Shown piece by piece: positions 18,756 to 27,570 of a stretch of DNA of 64,000 bases. The DNA is from Oscillospiraceae bacterium (GTDB lineage Bacteria; Bacillota; Clostridia; Oscillospirales; Ruminococcaceae): positions 9,032-73,031 of the forward strand of contig JAZURJ010000035.1 in NCBI GenBank assembly GCA_045606085.1. The letters run 5' to 3'. The notes beneath the pieces were generated by a model. The model did no database searches. It was not told the DNA's origin and saw only the letters and a list, made by a program, of their open reading frames with translations. Made by a program: the position numbers and the translations under genes. The stretch's first letter is position 1. Every line of letters starts with the position of its first letter.

Positions 18756-19685
18756 ATGATCAGCACATCACAGCTTTTGTGTTTACTGCTGCTGTCACGG
18801 ATATCAGCAGAGATAGTCTATCCTACTGTGGGCGGCTACGATATAACTACACTTGTATCAGCGGCTGTGGCTGAGGCATTACGTTTTACCGTCGCACTTC
18901 CCTTTATCCTGTACTCGATACGAGGAAACGATATGTACGCTGCAATAACAAGGAAAAGCAGGATAGCGGGATGGATATTCGCTGCGGCAGCAGCATTTCT
19001 GATATCATTCGCTGCCGCAAGGTGTGCACTGTTTTCCGCAGAATATGCACAGAGAACGGTACTTTCGGGTATGTCAGGCGGCGTCATCACGATCCTTATC
19101 GGCGTATTTGCCGTGTATTGTGCTACACGAGGTGCCGAGGGCATCGCACGCGGCGGAGTGCTGATACTTGCGGGGGCGGCGTTGCTTACTCTGATTATAG
19201 CACTTTCAACACTACAGCACATCCGCCCCCCAGAGCTTGGCACCAAGCCATACAGCAAAGATCTGATATCGCAGGTATATGAACGCATGATGCGTGGCGG
19301 TGAATATCTCATGTTTGCGGCACTTCTCCCCTGCACACGCAGGAAGAAAGGAAGCATCGCTCCTGCAGGAACAGCCGTTATCTTTGCTTTGTCATCGTTA
19401 TGCATCGTTGTACTGATAAACTTATTTTCCATGGCTGTGCTTGGCGAGTTCTTCGGAATTGCGGACAATCCTCTGACCGATATTGCACAGCTTTCCGATA
19501 TCGTTCTGTTCAAACGTCTTGACGGCTTCGCAGGTGCATTATGGTCAGTTGCGGCGGCTATCCGATGCGGGGCGTTCCTGTTCAGTGCTTATGCGTTCTT
19601 CAGGTCAGTTACAACTGCAAGGAAAGGAGCTTCATATGAAAAGATTACTGACAGCCATGCTTCTGGCAGGCACTCTGCTGCTTAG
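18756..19685 (+). CDS. Spore germination protein B subunit (GerAB-type permease)
   Basis: Polytopic membrane protein between the A and C subunit genes. The ATG at 18756 follows the A-subunit stop by 1 nt and has GAGGAGG upstream. It lies within ORF 18669..19685. Confidence 0.75.
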   Translation: MISTSQLLCLLLLSRISAEIVYPTVGGYDITTLVSAAVAEALRFTVALPFILYSIRGNDMYAAITRKSRIAGWIFAAAAAFLISFAAARCALFSAEYAQRTVLSGMSGGVITILIGVFAVYCATRGAEGIARGGVLILAGAALLTLIIALSTLQHIRPPELGTKPYSKDLISQVYERMMRGGEYLMFAALLPCTRRKKGSIAPAGTAVIFALSSLCIVVLINLFSMAVLGEFFGIADNPLTDIAQLSDIVLFKRLDGFAGALWSVAAAIRCGAFLFSAYAFFRSVTTARKGASYEKITDSHASGRHSAA

Positions 19686-20568
19686 CGGCTGTGCCGATGT
19701 AACTGAGCTTGGCGACCGTGCAATCGTCCAGCTTGCCGTGATAGATCACGACGGAAGCAACTATAAACTAAGCACGCTGCTGTTCAGTGCAGGCGGCAGC
19801 GGCGGTACGATAGATGTCACAAAGGACAATGTGATAAAGGTGACGGGAAGCGGTGAAACTCTCGGTGATGCAATAGCACAGGTGTCGCTTATCGACGGTA
19901 AGGATATCTACATGAGCGAAACAAAGCTTCTTGTGCTTGGCAGCGGATTTGAGCAGGCGGATGTCGTTTCAGTGCTGACGATGCTTTACAGAGATATGCG
20001 TTGCAGCCTGAACACCCCCGTATGCTGTTCCGAAAACGCGGAACTGCTGACCGATCTCGAATTCACCGAGGGCATAACAGCAGCCGAAAAGCCATTCAGT
20101 ATGATAAGAAACGCAGAGCTCATGGGAGCATCGCAGGAAACAACGCTGCTCGATATACTTGCAGGAAATGAAGCCGGAAGATCAGTCATTATTCCAAGCT
20201 TCACAGAAAGCAAAAACGGATCGGGTATGACGACCGACACCGAAGGAAGAACAGCAGTCCTTGACGGCTCGCGTTTCATTTCAGGCGGGCGGCTGACAGG
20301 TCATGCTGATATGGAACAGACAATGGGGTATCTGATATTATCAGGACTTGCTGACAGCGTTGCCATCAGCTTCATATATGAAGGCGAAGAGTATCGCTGC
20401 GAGGCTTACAATATCACCGCCGAGTTCATCTCGCCTGAACGTATCAGCATCGAAGCTGACTACCGCAGCCCGGGCGGCGAACCTCTTTCAGAAAAGCAGG
20501 AAACGATCGCTCAAAAGGAGCTTTATAAACTCGCAGCAAAAGCAACACCGCTGATAAACATGGCATAA
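19636..20568 (+). CDS. Spore germination lipoprotein, Ger(x)C family
   Basis: Lipobox LLLSGCADV. ATG at 19636 is preceded by AAAGGAG and overlaps the B-subunit 3' end by 50 nt. Operon position. Confidence 0.8.
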   Translation: MKRLLTAMLLAGTLLLSGCADVTELGDRAIVQLAVIDHDGSNYKLSTLLFSAGGSGGTIDVTKDNVIKVTGSGETLGDAIAQVSLIDGKDIYMSETKLLVLGSGFEQADVVSVLTMLYRDMRCSLNTPVCCSENAELLTDLEFTEGITAAEKPFSMIRNAELMGASQETTLLDILAGNEAGRSVIIPSFTESKNGSGMTTDTEGRTAVLDGSRFISGGRLTGHADMEQTMGYLILSGLADSVAISFIYEGEEYRCEAYNITAEFISPERISIEADYRSPGGEPLSEKQETIAQKELYKLAAKATPLINMA

Positions 20569-20573
20569 ATTTA

Positions 20574-20601
20574 CCGCCGCACATCGTATGATATGCGGCG
20601 G
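20574..20601. terminator. Hairpin between convergent genes (weak T-tracts)
   Basis: CCGCCGCA / TGCGGCGG stem. Confidence 0.5.
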
Positions 20602-20626
20602 CTGATTATTCAGTTAACGGTCTTTA

Positions 20627-22456
20627 TCAAACCTTGCACTTTACTACCTTTGTAAAGTCGCTGTATACCTTCTTGCCGTTCACTGTTGTGTAGGAACGAA
20701 CCTTGAAGTAGTATGTCTTGCCAGCGGTAAGACCGGACTTCTTGAAGGATGTGGTGGAACCGCTTGTAACAGTCTTGATGATCTTATATGTGCCGTTCTT
20801 GGAGGATGCCATAGCGATCTCGTAACCCTCAGCACCGATGGACTTGCCCCATGTGATCTGGGCTACCTTGGACTTGGACTTCTTAGCGGATACTGTGGAA
20901 GGTGCGGGAGATGTAGCCTTTGCTCCGTCGTAAGCACTGCTGGAGGACTGGAGAGTGGTGTTTCCGCTCTTCACATAGGCACGAACCTTGTAGTAATATG
21001 TAGCACCCTTTGTCAGACCCTTGTCGGTGTAGGAGTTTGTGATGGTAGTTGCGATCTTCTTATAACCACTGGACTTGTTTGTGGAGCGATATACGATGTA
21101 ACCTGTAACGTTATCGGAAGCAGTCCAGTTAACGTTGATGGAGCTTGTTGTAGCAGCCGCTGCAACAACACCGGTCACCTTCTTGGGTGTAACCTTGACG
21201 TTAACAGACTTGCTTACGCCGTTTACAGTGGTAACTGTGATGGTAGCGATACCGCCGGACTTACCTGTAACATTACCAGCCTGATCTACTGTTGCAATAG
21301 CAGGATTGGAGCTTGTTACATAATACACCTTACCAAGAGAGGAGGTATTGGGAGAAACGCTGATCTTGAGAGCAAGCTTCTGTGTTGCAACGATAGTCTT
21401 GTTGCCGCTGATAACGATAGTAGTAGGAGCAGCATAGGACTTCTTGGAGGTGCCGCCCTGATTGTAATTATCCCAGTCGGACTTGAGATTGGAGGGATAA
21501 TAAACAGTGGGAACGTTCTTAAGATCAAATGCATCGTTGATGTTTACATAGCTTCCGCCGAACACTACCTTGCTGAGCTTGGTGCAGCCGGAGAAGATGT
21601 TGTCAGCGACCTTGTTTACATTCTTACCAACATATACGGTTTCAAGAGATGTACAATCTCTGAACGCTTCGGTCTTGATCTCCTTAGCCTTGTTGGGGAT
21701 AGTTACGGATGTGATGCCGCTGCAGCCTGCGAATGCGAACTCACCAACTGTCTTGATATCAGTGGGAAGCAGGATGCTGCCTTTGAGGTTAGCACAGCCA
21801 AAGAAAGCGCTGGAATTGATAGTGGTAACGGTAGAGGGAAGGTTGATCGCACCGAGAGATGCACAGTTAGCAAACGCACTGGCACCGATCACCTGAAGGC
21901 CCTCGGGAAGAGCAACGTTACCAAGTCTTCCGCAGTCAGCAAAAAGGCTTGCAGGAAGCTCTGTGACCTTGCCTGTGATGGATGCACTTATGAGAGAGGT
22001 ACAGCCCTGGAATGCAGATGCACCGATGGTGGTAAGAGAGCTGGGCATCTTGATACCGGACAGCTTGGGGCAATCAGCAAAAGCACTTCCGCCGATGGTT
22101 GTGATGGTATTGGGAAGTGTTACAGACTGAAGTGCTGTATAACCCTTACAGAGGGAAGCACCGATCTCAGTGATACCGGAAGAAAATGTAACGGAGGTTA
22201 TCTTGGGCTGCTGTGTAAGTGTAGCAAGACCCTTTACAGCACCAACGGAATAACCGCCTAATCTTGCAGGAACAGTAATAGTAGTTGCAATACCGTTGTA
22301 TGCAGTGATGGTAGCCTTACCGTTTTCAACGGTATAACGCCAGTCACCCTCAATCTCGGCATATGCTGTCGTAATGCAGAACACGGAGCTCAGTGAGAAC
22401 ACCATGATAAGGCTTACGAGCAATGACAGAAATCTCATTGTCTTTCTTTTGGTCAT
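20627..22456 (-). CDS. Secreted BspA-type leucine-rich-repeat protein with Big_2-like and two fibronectin-III-like domains
   Basis: Signal peptide MTKRKTMRFLSLLVSLIMVF..AYA. About 10 repeats of the xIGxxAFxxCxxLxxIxLP type. The C-terminus holds two paralogous FN3-like units (GYIVYRS...TYYYKVRAY and GYEIAMA...TYYFKVRSY). AGGAGG lies 7 nt before the ATG at 22456. Confidence 0.85.
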   Translation of the reverse strand: MTKRKTMRFLSLLVSLIMVFSLSSVFCITTAYAEIEGDWRYTVENGKATITAYNGIATTITVPARLGGYSVGAVKGLATLTQQPKITSVTFSSGITEIGASLCKGYTALQSVTLPNTITTIGGSAFADCPKLSGIKMPSSLTTIGASAFQGCTSLISASITGKVTELPASLFADCGRLGNVALPEGLQVIGASAFANCASLGAINLPSTVTTINSSAFFGCANLKGSILLPTDIKTVGEFAFAGCSGITSVTIPNKAKEIKTEAFRDCTSLETVYVGKNVNKVADNIFSGCTKLSKVVFGGSYVNINDAFDLKNVPTVYYPSNLKSDWDNYNQGGTSKKSYAAPTTIVISGNKTIVATQKLALKISVSPNTSSLGKVYYVTSSNPAIATVDQAGNVTGKSGGIATITVTTVNGVSKSVNVKVTPKKVTGVVAAAATTSSINVNWTASDNVTGYIVYRSTNKSSGYKKIATTITNSYTDKGLTKGATYYYKVRAYVKSGNTTLQSSSSAYDGAKATSPAPSTVSAKKSKSKVAQITWGKSIGAEGYEIAMASSKNGTYKIIKTVTSGSTTSFKKSGLTAGKTYYFKVRSYTTVNGKKVYSDFTKVVKCKV

Positions 22457-22549
22457 AATGATCCTCCTATTAAAATACAGATTGCGATGGAAATGCCGCA
22501 AGCTTCTGACGGGGCTTATAACACAGCTATTCTATCGACTATACAATAC

Positions 22550-22578
22550 ATTTTACCATAATATCATAAATATTTCAA
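22550..22578 (-). promoter_or_regulatory. Sigma-A type promoter for the LRR protein gene
   Basis: Minus strand reads TTGAAA, 17 nt, TAAAAT, with TGG upstream (extended -10). Confidence 0.5.
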
Positions 22579-22634
22579 GCATTACAGTATAAAAATTGGA
22601 GAGAAAAAACCGTGCAAAATGACGATATCACGAC

Positions 22635-22663
22635 TTGACAAATACTGCGAATTAATATATAAT
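22635..22663 (+). promoter_or_regulatory. Consensus sigma-A promoter for metA
   Basis: TTGACA, 17 nt, TATAAT. Leaves only a ~40-nt 5' UTR. Confidence 0.7.
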
Positions 22664-22704
22664 TCTATATAAATATACAAAAAGCAGACGAAAGGAACAA
22701 TATC

Positions 22705-23622
22705 ATGCCTGTAAAAATCGCAGATGGGCTGCCCGCTCAGAGCATTCTCGAGGACGAGCATATCTTTATAATGACAGAACACCGTGCTCTTCATCAGGAT
22801 ATCAGACCGCTCAAGATCGGCATACTCAACCTCATGCCCACAAAGATAGTGACCGAAACTCAGATTCTCCGCTGTCTTTCAAATACACCTCTGCAGATCG
22901 AGGTCACACTCGTGCAGACCTCTACATACACCAGCAAAAACACATCCAGCGAGCATCTCCTCACTTTCTACAAGACCTTTGACGAGATCCGTGATACCAA
23001 TTTCGACGGATTTATCATCACAGGTGCTCCCGTAGAACAGATGCCCTTTGAGGATGTTGAATACTGGAACGAGCTGTGCGAGATAATGGAATGGACCAAG
23101 ACACATTCCCACTCCACATTCCACATATGCTGGGGTGCACAGGCGGCACTGTATTACCATTACGGAGTGCCTAAGTATCAGCTCGACAGCAAGATGTCAG
23201 GCGTTTTCCAGCACAGGATTCTCACGCCCAAGAGCAGACTTTTCCGCGGATTTGACACCGAATTCCTCGCACCACATTCACGCCACACTGAGGTTCGTAT
23301 CGAGGACATCGAAAAGGTGCCTCAGCTCAAGCTGATGGCAGTATCCGATGACGCGGGCATCTACGCTATCTGCAGCGAGGACAGCAAGCAGTTTTTCATC
23401 ACTGGTCATTCGGAATACGATGCAGAAACTCTCGCATCCGAATATTTCCGCGATGTAGACCGTGGCCTTGACCCGCACGTACCCGAAAACTACTTCCCCG
23501 ACGACGATCCGACTAAGACACCGCTCATGAGATGGCGTAGCCACGCAACACTGCTCTATACCAACTGGCTGAACTACTTCGTTTACCAGACAACGCCTTT
23601 TGATATTTCCGAAAACGTATAA
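22705..23622 (+). CDS. metA: Homoserine O-acyltransferase (MetA family)
   Basis: N-terminus [34 protein letters not shown] and CWGAQAA are MetA hallmarks. Confidence 0.95.
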   Translation: MPVKIADGLPAQSILEDEHIFIMTEHRALHQDIRPLKIGILNLMPTKIVTETQILRCLSNTPLQIEVTLVQTSTYTSKNTSSEHLLTFYKTFDEIRDTNFDGFIITGAPVEQMPFEDVEYWNELCEIMEWTKTHSHSTFHICWGAQAALYYHYGVPKYQLDSKMSGVFQHRILTPKSRLFRGFDTEFLAPHSRHTEVRIEDIEKVPQLKLMAVSDDAGIYAICSEDSKQFFITGHSEYDAETLASEYFRDVDRGLDPHVPENYFPDDDPTKTPLMRWRSHATLLYTNWLNYFVYQTTPFDISENV

Positions 23623-23626
23623 AAAC

Positions 23627-23654
23627 AAGCCCGGGCTGACGCCCGGGCTTTATT
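23627..23654 (+). terminator. Rho-independent terminator of metA
   Basis: AAGCCCGGGC / GCCCGGGCTT stem followed by TATT. Confidence 0.8.
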
Positions 23655-23656
23655 GC

Positions 23657-23690
23657 ATGAAAAGACCCGCTTCCCACAGGAAACGGGTCT
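23657..23690 (-). terminator. Rho-independent terminator of cheV
   Basis: AGACCCG / CGGGTCT stem. The minus strand continues with TTTTC. Confidence 0.65.
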
Positions 23691-23698
23691 GGTATTCA

Positions 23699-24592
23699 TC
23701 AGATATTCTCGTTGATGTGATTGATAAGTCCGCCGATCTGAGGCTTGGAGAACTGTGCATCCGCACCAACACTCTGTCCCTTTACACGCATCTGATCGTT
23801 GATGAGGGAAGAGAACAGATATACAGGAATAGCCTGCAGATAAGGATCGTCCTTGATGAGCTTTGTAAGACGATGGCCGTCCATCTGCGGCATCTCGATA
23901 TCACTGATAAGACAGGAGATATGTGCACGGATATTTCCGCCGAGTGCCTTGTGGCCGCTTATGTAATCCCATGCATCCTTACCGTTATCGAAGTGAACAA
24001 CGTTCTTATAACCTGCTTCATGCAATGTATTTACAATGAGTGTATTGAGGAAAGGAGAATCCTCTGCAATGACGATATGCTTGTCGCTCTTATCACCGCT
24101 GCTCTTTGCGATGCCTGTGGTATCAAGAACAGATGTACGGTTAAGATCGGAGCAGATCTTCTCAAAGTCAAGGATGAGGATGATTCTGTCCTTGAACTTG
24201 GCAATACCCGTTGCAATGTTCGTCGCACCGTCACCGGAAATAGCGGGAGGCTTCTGGATATCCTCCCAGGAAATACGCTGGATGCCCTTTACAGAGGATA
24301 CATGGAAACCGACATCCATCTGATTGAAATGGCATACTACCAGCAGATCATGCTCGGGATCGGGCGTCTGCTTGTTGAGGACCTTGTGCAGGTCAATAAC
24401 AGAAATAACTGTATCACGGGGTGTGAATACACCTTCAAATTCAGGGGGCGAATCAGGAACGGGGATAACAGGCTGATAATTCATGATCTCTGTTACCTTG
24501 GCGATGTTGATACCAAAGCTCTGCTCGCCAACCATGAACTCCAGAACTTCCAGTTCATTAGTGCCGCTCTCAAGGAGGATATTAGATTCCAT
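23699..24592 (-). CDS. cheV: Chemotaxis coupling protein CheV (CheW domain + receiver domain)
   Basis: N-terminal CheW-like GTNELEVLEFMVGEQSFGINIAKV. C-terminal receiver IVIAEDSPF...SDIEMPQMDG...FSKP. Confidence 0.9.
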   Translation of the reverse strand: MESNILLESGTNELEVLEFMVGEQSFGINIAKVTEIMNYQPVIPVPDSPPEFEGVFTPRDTVISVIDLHKVLNKQTPDPEHDLLVVCHFNQMDVGFHVSSVKGIQRISWEDIQKPPAISGDGATNIATGIAKFKDRIILILDFEKICSDLNRTSVLDTTGIAKSSGDKSDKHIVIAEDSPFLNTLIVNTLHEAGYKNVVHFDNGKDAWDYISGHKALGGNIRAHISCLISDIEMPQMDGHRLTKLIKDDPYLQAIPVYLFSSLINDQMRVKGQSVGADAQFSKPQIGGLINHINENI

Positions 24593-24626
24593 AGCAAATT
24601 ACTCCTTTGTATATAATTCTAGATTT

Positions 24627-24655
24627 ATTATACAACAAGCAAAGAGAAAAATCAA
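24627..24655 (-). promoter_or_regulatory. Sigma-A type promoter for cheV
   Basis: Minus strand reads TTGATT, 17 nt, TATAAT. Confidence 0.5.
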
Positions 24656-24707
24656 TAGTTTTTGTAAATTTTGTGTAGATTAATTTAATTATCAGCATGG
24701 AAATTAT

Positions 24708-25520
24708 TCAAAATGACATCTTCATACCGCTATACATCATTTCTACCCTGTCACCAAGTGTGTTTTTAAGCAGTTCTATACCACGTTCTCCCGTGCAGTG
24801 ACCAGTAACTATACGCTGTACACCCGTATCCTCCAGACGCTCAGCCATTCCGATCACCTCGTCATCGCTGCTTCTGAACAGGTGAAGACCGCCTACAATG
24901 GCGTAGACCTTCTTTTCAAAGGTCTGCTCGACCTCATGTATGATGACATCCGCACCCGCATGACAACAGCTGTTGAACACGACAAGTCCTTTACTGCTCT
25001 CAAGGACAAGGCTCTGCTCATGGCAAAAACGATCGGTGGTCCAACCGTTTTCCGTCAGCAGGTACATATGTGCCCGCCTGCCCGCTGCTTCAAGGTCAGT
25101 CTTGTGACCTATGAGCCAGGCACCGTCAAACAGCTTCACATCGCCCGACGCAAAAGATATCCTGCTGCGATGACGCCGCATAGTTCCCTGCTTTATACCA
25201 ATGTAATGGCGGTCAGCTCCTTCGCCGCTGTAACAGTTTTCCTCCGTTCCCTCACGCAGCCAGAACGATGCAGAAGAATTGGCGGAGAAAAACTCATCCA
25301 TTCCGTCAGCATGGTCATAATGTGCATGGGAAAGCACGCCGTATTCAACATCGGACAGCCTTTCGCCAAGTAAGACGGCATTCTCCGCAAACTGCGATGA
25401 CTTTCCCGTATCCAGCAGGATGCATCTGCCGCCGTAGCGGATAATCATCGAAAGTCCCCACTCACACAGCAGCGGAGGCTGTGAAGTATTATCGATCAGA
25501 ACTGTTGCGTGTATATCCAT
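24708..25520 (-). CDS. MBL-fold metallo-hydrolase
   Basis: LSHAHYDHADG motif and a later CCHAG. RBS AAGGAG. Confidence 0.85.
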   Translation of the reverse strand: MDIHATVLIDNTSQPPLLCEWGLSMIIRYGGRCILLDTGKSSQFAENAVLLGERLSDVEYGVLSHAHYDHADGMDEFFSANSSASFWLREGTEENCYSGEGADRHYIGIKQGTMRRHRSRISFASGDVKLFDGAWLIGHKTDLEAAGRRAHMYLLTENGWTTDRFCHEQSLVLESSKGLVVFNSCCHAGADVIIHEVEQTFEKKVYAIVGGLHLFRSSDDEVIGMAERLEDTGVQRIVTGHCTGERGIELLKNTLGDRVEMMYSGMKMSF

Positions 25521-25576
25521 AATAATCGCTCCTTATACATTTATAGTACCATAATCGCGAGTTTATTTCAAGCCGC

Positions 25577-25605
25577 TTGACAAAAAGGAATTTTCATGTT
25601 ATAAT
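25577..25605 (+). promoter_or_regulatory. Consensus sigma-A promoter for the yjfB-like gene
   Basis: TTGACA, 17 nt, TATAAT, with an upstream TGT (extended -10). Confidence 0.65.
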
Positions 25606-25635
25606 ATAGAAAATCAATGCAAGGAGGCATGATCT

Positions 25636-25821
25636 ATGGAAACTTCTATCGCTGCTATGTCCATGGGTATGGCAATGGCTAACGTTCAGAATGCACTTTC
25701 CGTCAGCATGATGAAGAAGTCGCTTGACGCTTCTCAGGCTAATATGGAGGCGATCACCAAGATGATGGACTCTATGCCTTCACCCGACGGAAGAGGTAAT
25801 CTTCTCAACGTACGCGTTTGA
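25636..25821 (+). CDS. YjfB-family small protein (annotated elsewhere as putative motility protein)
   Basis: 61 aa. SIAAMSMGMAMANVQNALSVSMMKKSLD matches the YjfB-type pattern as I recall it. RBS AAGGAGG. Confidence 0.7.
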   Translation: METSIAAMSMGMAMANVQNALSVSMMKKSLDASQANMEAITKMMDSMPSPDGRGNLLNVRV

Positions 25822-25831
25822 TCCAACGGCA

Positions 25832-25860
25832 AACAGCACCGTTCATCGGTGCTGTTTTTA
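25832..25860 (+). terminator. Rho-independent terminator
   Basis: AACAGCACCG / CGGTGCTGTT stem followed by TTTTTA. Confidence 0.85.
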
Positions 25861-25940
25861 TGTTTGCAGGTTTTTCGTACGTATCTGCCGTCCGCATACA
25901 ATAATTAATACAAAATATTCAGAAAATTTCAAAAAAACAC

Positions 25941-25969
25941 TTGACAAATATGCTTTGTCGTGTTATAAT
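25941..25969 (+). promoter_or_regulatory. Perfect consensus sigma-A promoter of rplJ-rplL
   Basis: TTGACA, exactly 17 nt, TATAAT. Confidence 0.8.
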
Positions 25970-25975
25970 AATCAT

Positions 25976-26099
25976 GCTGTTCTAAAGACAGCAGGCTGCC
26001 GTAAGGCTTTAATGGTTTGTCCGCCTGCCGAGGAATAGGAATCGAAATGATATTTCTGCGTTCCTTTCTGTCTTTGTTCAGAGAGGGATTTTTTATTTT
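25976..26099 (+). promoter_or_regulatory. Ribosomal protein L10 leader with attenuator terminator
   Basis: ~170-nt structured 5' UTR ahead of rplJ. It ends in the hairpin CCTTTCTG / CAGAGAGG (26063-26086) plus the T-run GATTTTTTATTTT. Firmicute rplJL operons are known to carry an L10(L12)4-binding leader. The family assignment was not verified by a covariance model. Confidence 0.55.
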
Positions 26100-26144
26100 C
26101 CATGCTTTGAAACAGCGTAAATTTAACAAGAAGGAGTGAATTTA

Positions 26145-26654
26145 ATGCCTAGTCAGAGCATACTCGAACAGAAGCAGGCTTATGTAGCAGAGCTGGCTGA
26201 CAAGCTGAAGGCTGCTGCAGGCGGTGTACTGGTTGACTACAAGGGAATCTCCGTTGAAGACGACACCAAGCTCCGTAAGGATCTTCGTGAGAACGGTGTA
26301 GACTACTTCGTAGTTAAGAACACTCTGCTGAAGCGTGCTGCTGAGATCGCAGGAATCGAGGGTCTTGAGCCCGCACTTTCCGGCACAACAGCAATCGCAC
26401 TTCACACAGAGGACATCATCGTTGCCCCCAAGCTTCTGAACAAGAAGGCAGAGTCTTCCGATGGCAAGTTCGCTATCAAGCTCGGCTTTGTTGACGGTAA
26501 GGTAATTTCTAAGGAAGAGGTTGAGCAGTACGCTAAGCTTCCTTCCAGAGAGACACTGCTCTCTCAGCTCGTGTTCATGCTGCAGTCTCCCATCCAGCGT
26601 GTTGCTATCGCTATCAACGAGATCGCAAAGAAGAACGAAGAGCAGTCCGCTTAA
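26145..26654 (+). CDS. rplJ: 50S ribosomal protein L10
   Basis: The ATG at 26145 follows AAGGAG. KQAYVAELADKLK, VDYKGISVEDDTKLRKDLRE, VVKNTLLKRA. Confidence 0.95.
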   Translation: MPSQSILEQKQAYVAELADKLKAAAGGVLVDYKGISVEDDTKLRKDLRENGVDYFVVKNTLLKRAAEIAGIEGLEPALSGTTAIALHTEDIIVAPKLLNKKAESSDGKFAIKLGFVDGKVISKEEVEQYAKLPSRETLLSQLVFMLQSPIQRVAIAINEIAKKNEEQSA

Positions 26655-26760
26655 TTCACGGACAAACGCTCCCGCAGCGTAAATTGACGGGAAATAACTA
26701 CTCTGCGGCTTAACGCAGAAAACAAAATTTTAAACAAACATATTTTAGGAGGAAATTAAA

Positions 26761-27141
26761 ATGGCTTCTGAGAAGATTTTAGCTATGATTGAAGAAGTTA
26801 AGGCTCTGTCCGTACTGGAGCTTAACGAACTGGTAAAGGCTCTTGAGGAAGAGTTCGGTGTATCCGCTGCTGCTGTTGCAGCTGCTCCCGCTGCTGGTGC
26901 AGGCGCAGGCGCTGCAGCTGCTGAGGAGAAGACAGAGTTTGACGTAGTTCTGGCTTCCTTTGGCGAGAAGAAGATGGACGTTATCAAGGCTGTTAAGGAT
27001 ATCTGCGGTCTTGGTCTTAAGGAGGCTAAGGAGCTCGTTGAGGCTGCTCCTAAGGCTCTCAAGGAAGGTGCTTCCAAGGCTGACGCTGAGGAGCTCAAGG
27101 CTAAGCTCGAGGCTGTTGGTGCTACAATCGAGCTCAAGTAA
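26761..27141 (+). CDS. rplL: 50S ribosomal protein L7/L12
   Basis: [29 protein letters not shown], an Ala-rich hinge, and C-terminal [22 protein letters not shown]. Confidence 0.97.
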   Translation: MASEKILAMIEEVKALSVLELNELVKALEEEFGVSAAAVAAAPAAGAGAGAAAAEEKTEFDVVLASFGEKKMDVIKAVKDICGLGLKEAKELVEAAPKALKEGASKADAEELKAKLEAVGATIELK

Positions 27142-27162
27142 TTCAATTACTTCTCAAAACAG

Positions 27163-27194
27163 ACCCCCGTACTTCGGTACGGGGGTTTTTGTTT
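27163..27194. terminator. Strong bidirectional terminator (rplL / TauE-half gene)
   Basis: 10-bp stem ACCCCCGTAC / GTACGGGGGT with a TTCG loop, followed by TTTTGTTT. Confidence 0.9.
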
Positions 27195-27570
27195 ATGCGT
27201 TTTTATGCTCTGACGTCTTATCAGAGGATGACGTAAAAATCTCACGCAGACCGCAGGAGATCAGAAACAGTGAAAACAGATCGCTGAGCATCTCCCCTGC
27301 TATTATGTGCAAGGCTGCAGTTCCAAGCACGGCACCAACAACTCCGCCAATGATATACTTCTTTACCAGCGACTTATCCACAAGTCCGCCGCGGAGGTGC
27401 ATCACCAGCGAGAATAAAGCTATCGGCAGGAAGAATAAAAGATTAATTCCCTGTGCCGTACGCTGTTCAACGTCAGCAAATACTGTCAGCCAGATCATCA
27501 GCACAAATCCGCCGCCAAGTCCCATTGAGGCTATCACACCCGTTACAAATCCGACTATTGCCTCTGTCAT
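27193..27570 (-). CDS. Half-size TauE/SafE-family membrane protein (second half)
   Basis: 125 aa, about 4 TM segments, N-terminal GxGGG motif (SMGLGGGFVL). The ATG at 27570 overlaps the stop of the upstream half-gene (ATGA). Lies inside ORF 27193..27630. Confidence 0.7.
   Translation of the reverse strand: MTEAIVGFVTGVIASMGLGGGFVLMIWLTVFADVEQRTAQGINLLFFLPIALFSLVMHLRGGLVDKSLVKKYIIGGVVGAVLGTAALHIIAGEMLSDLFSLFLISCGLREIFTSSSDKTSEHKNA

Noticed and set aside
22664-22704. Looked for a SAM (S-box) riboswitch or T-box upstream of metA.
   Set aside because: The consensus promoter leaves only about 40 nt of 5' UTR, too short for either element, and no conserved riboswitch motifs were seen.
23600-24616. 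338-codon ORF antisense to cheV.
   Set aside because: CheV is clearly encoded on the minus strand, with matching RBS, promoter and terminator. The antisense frame is an artefact.
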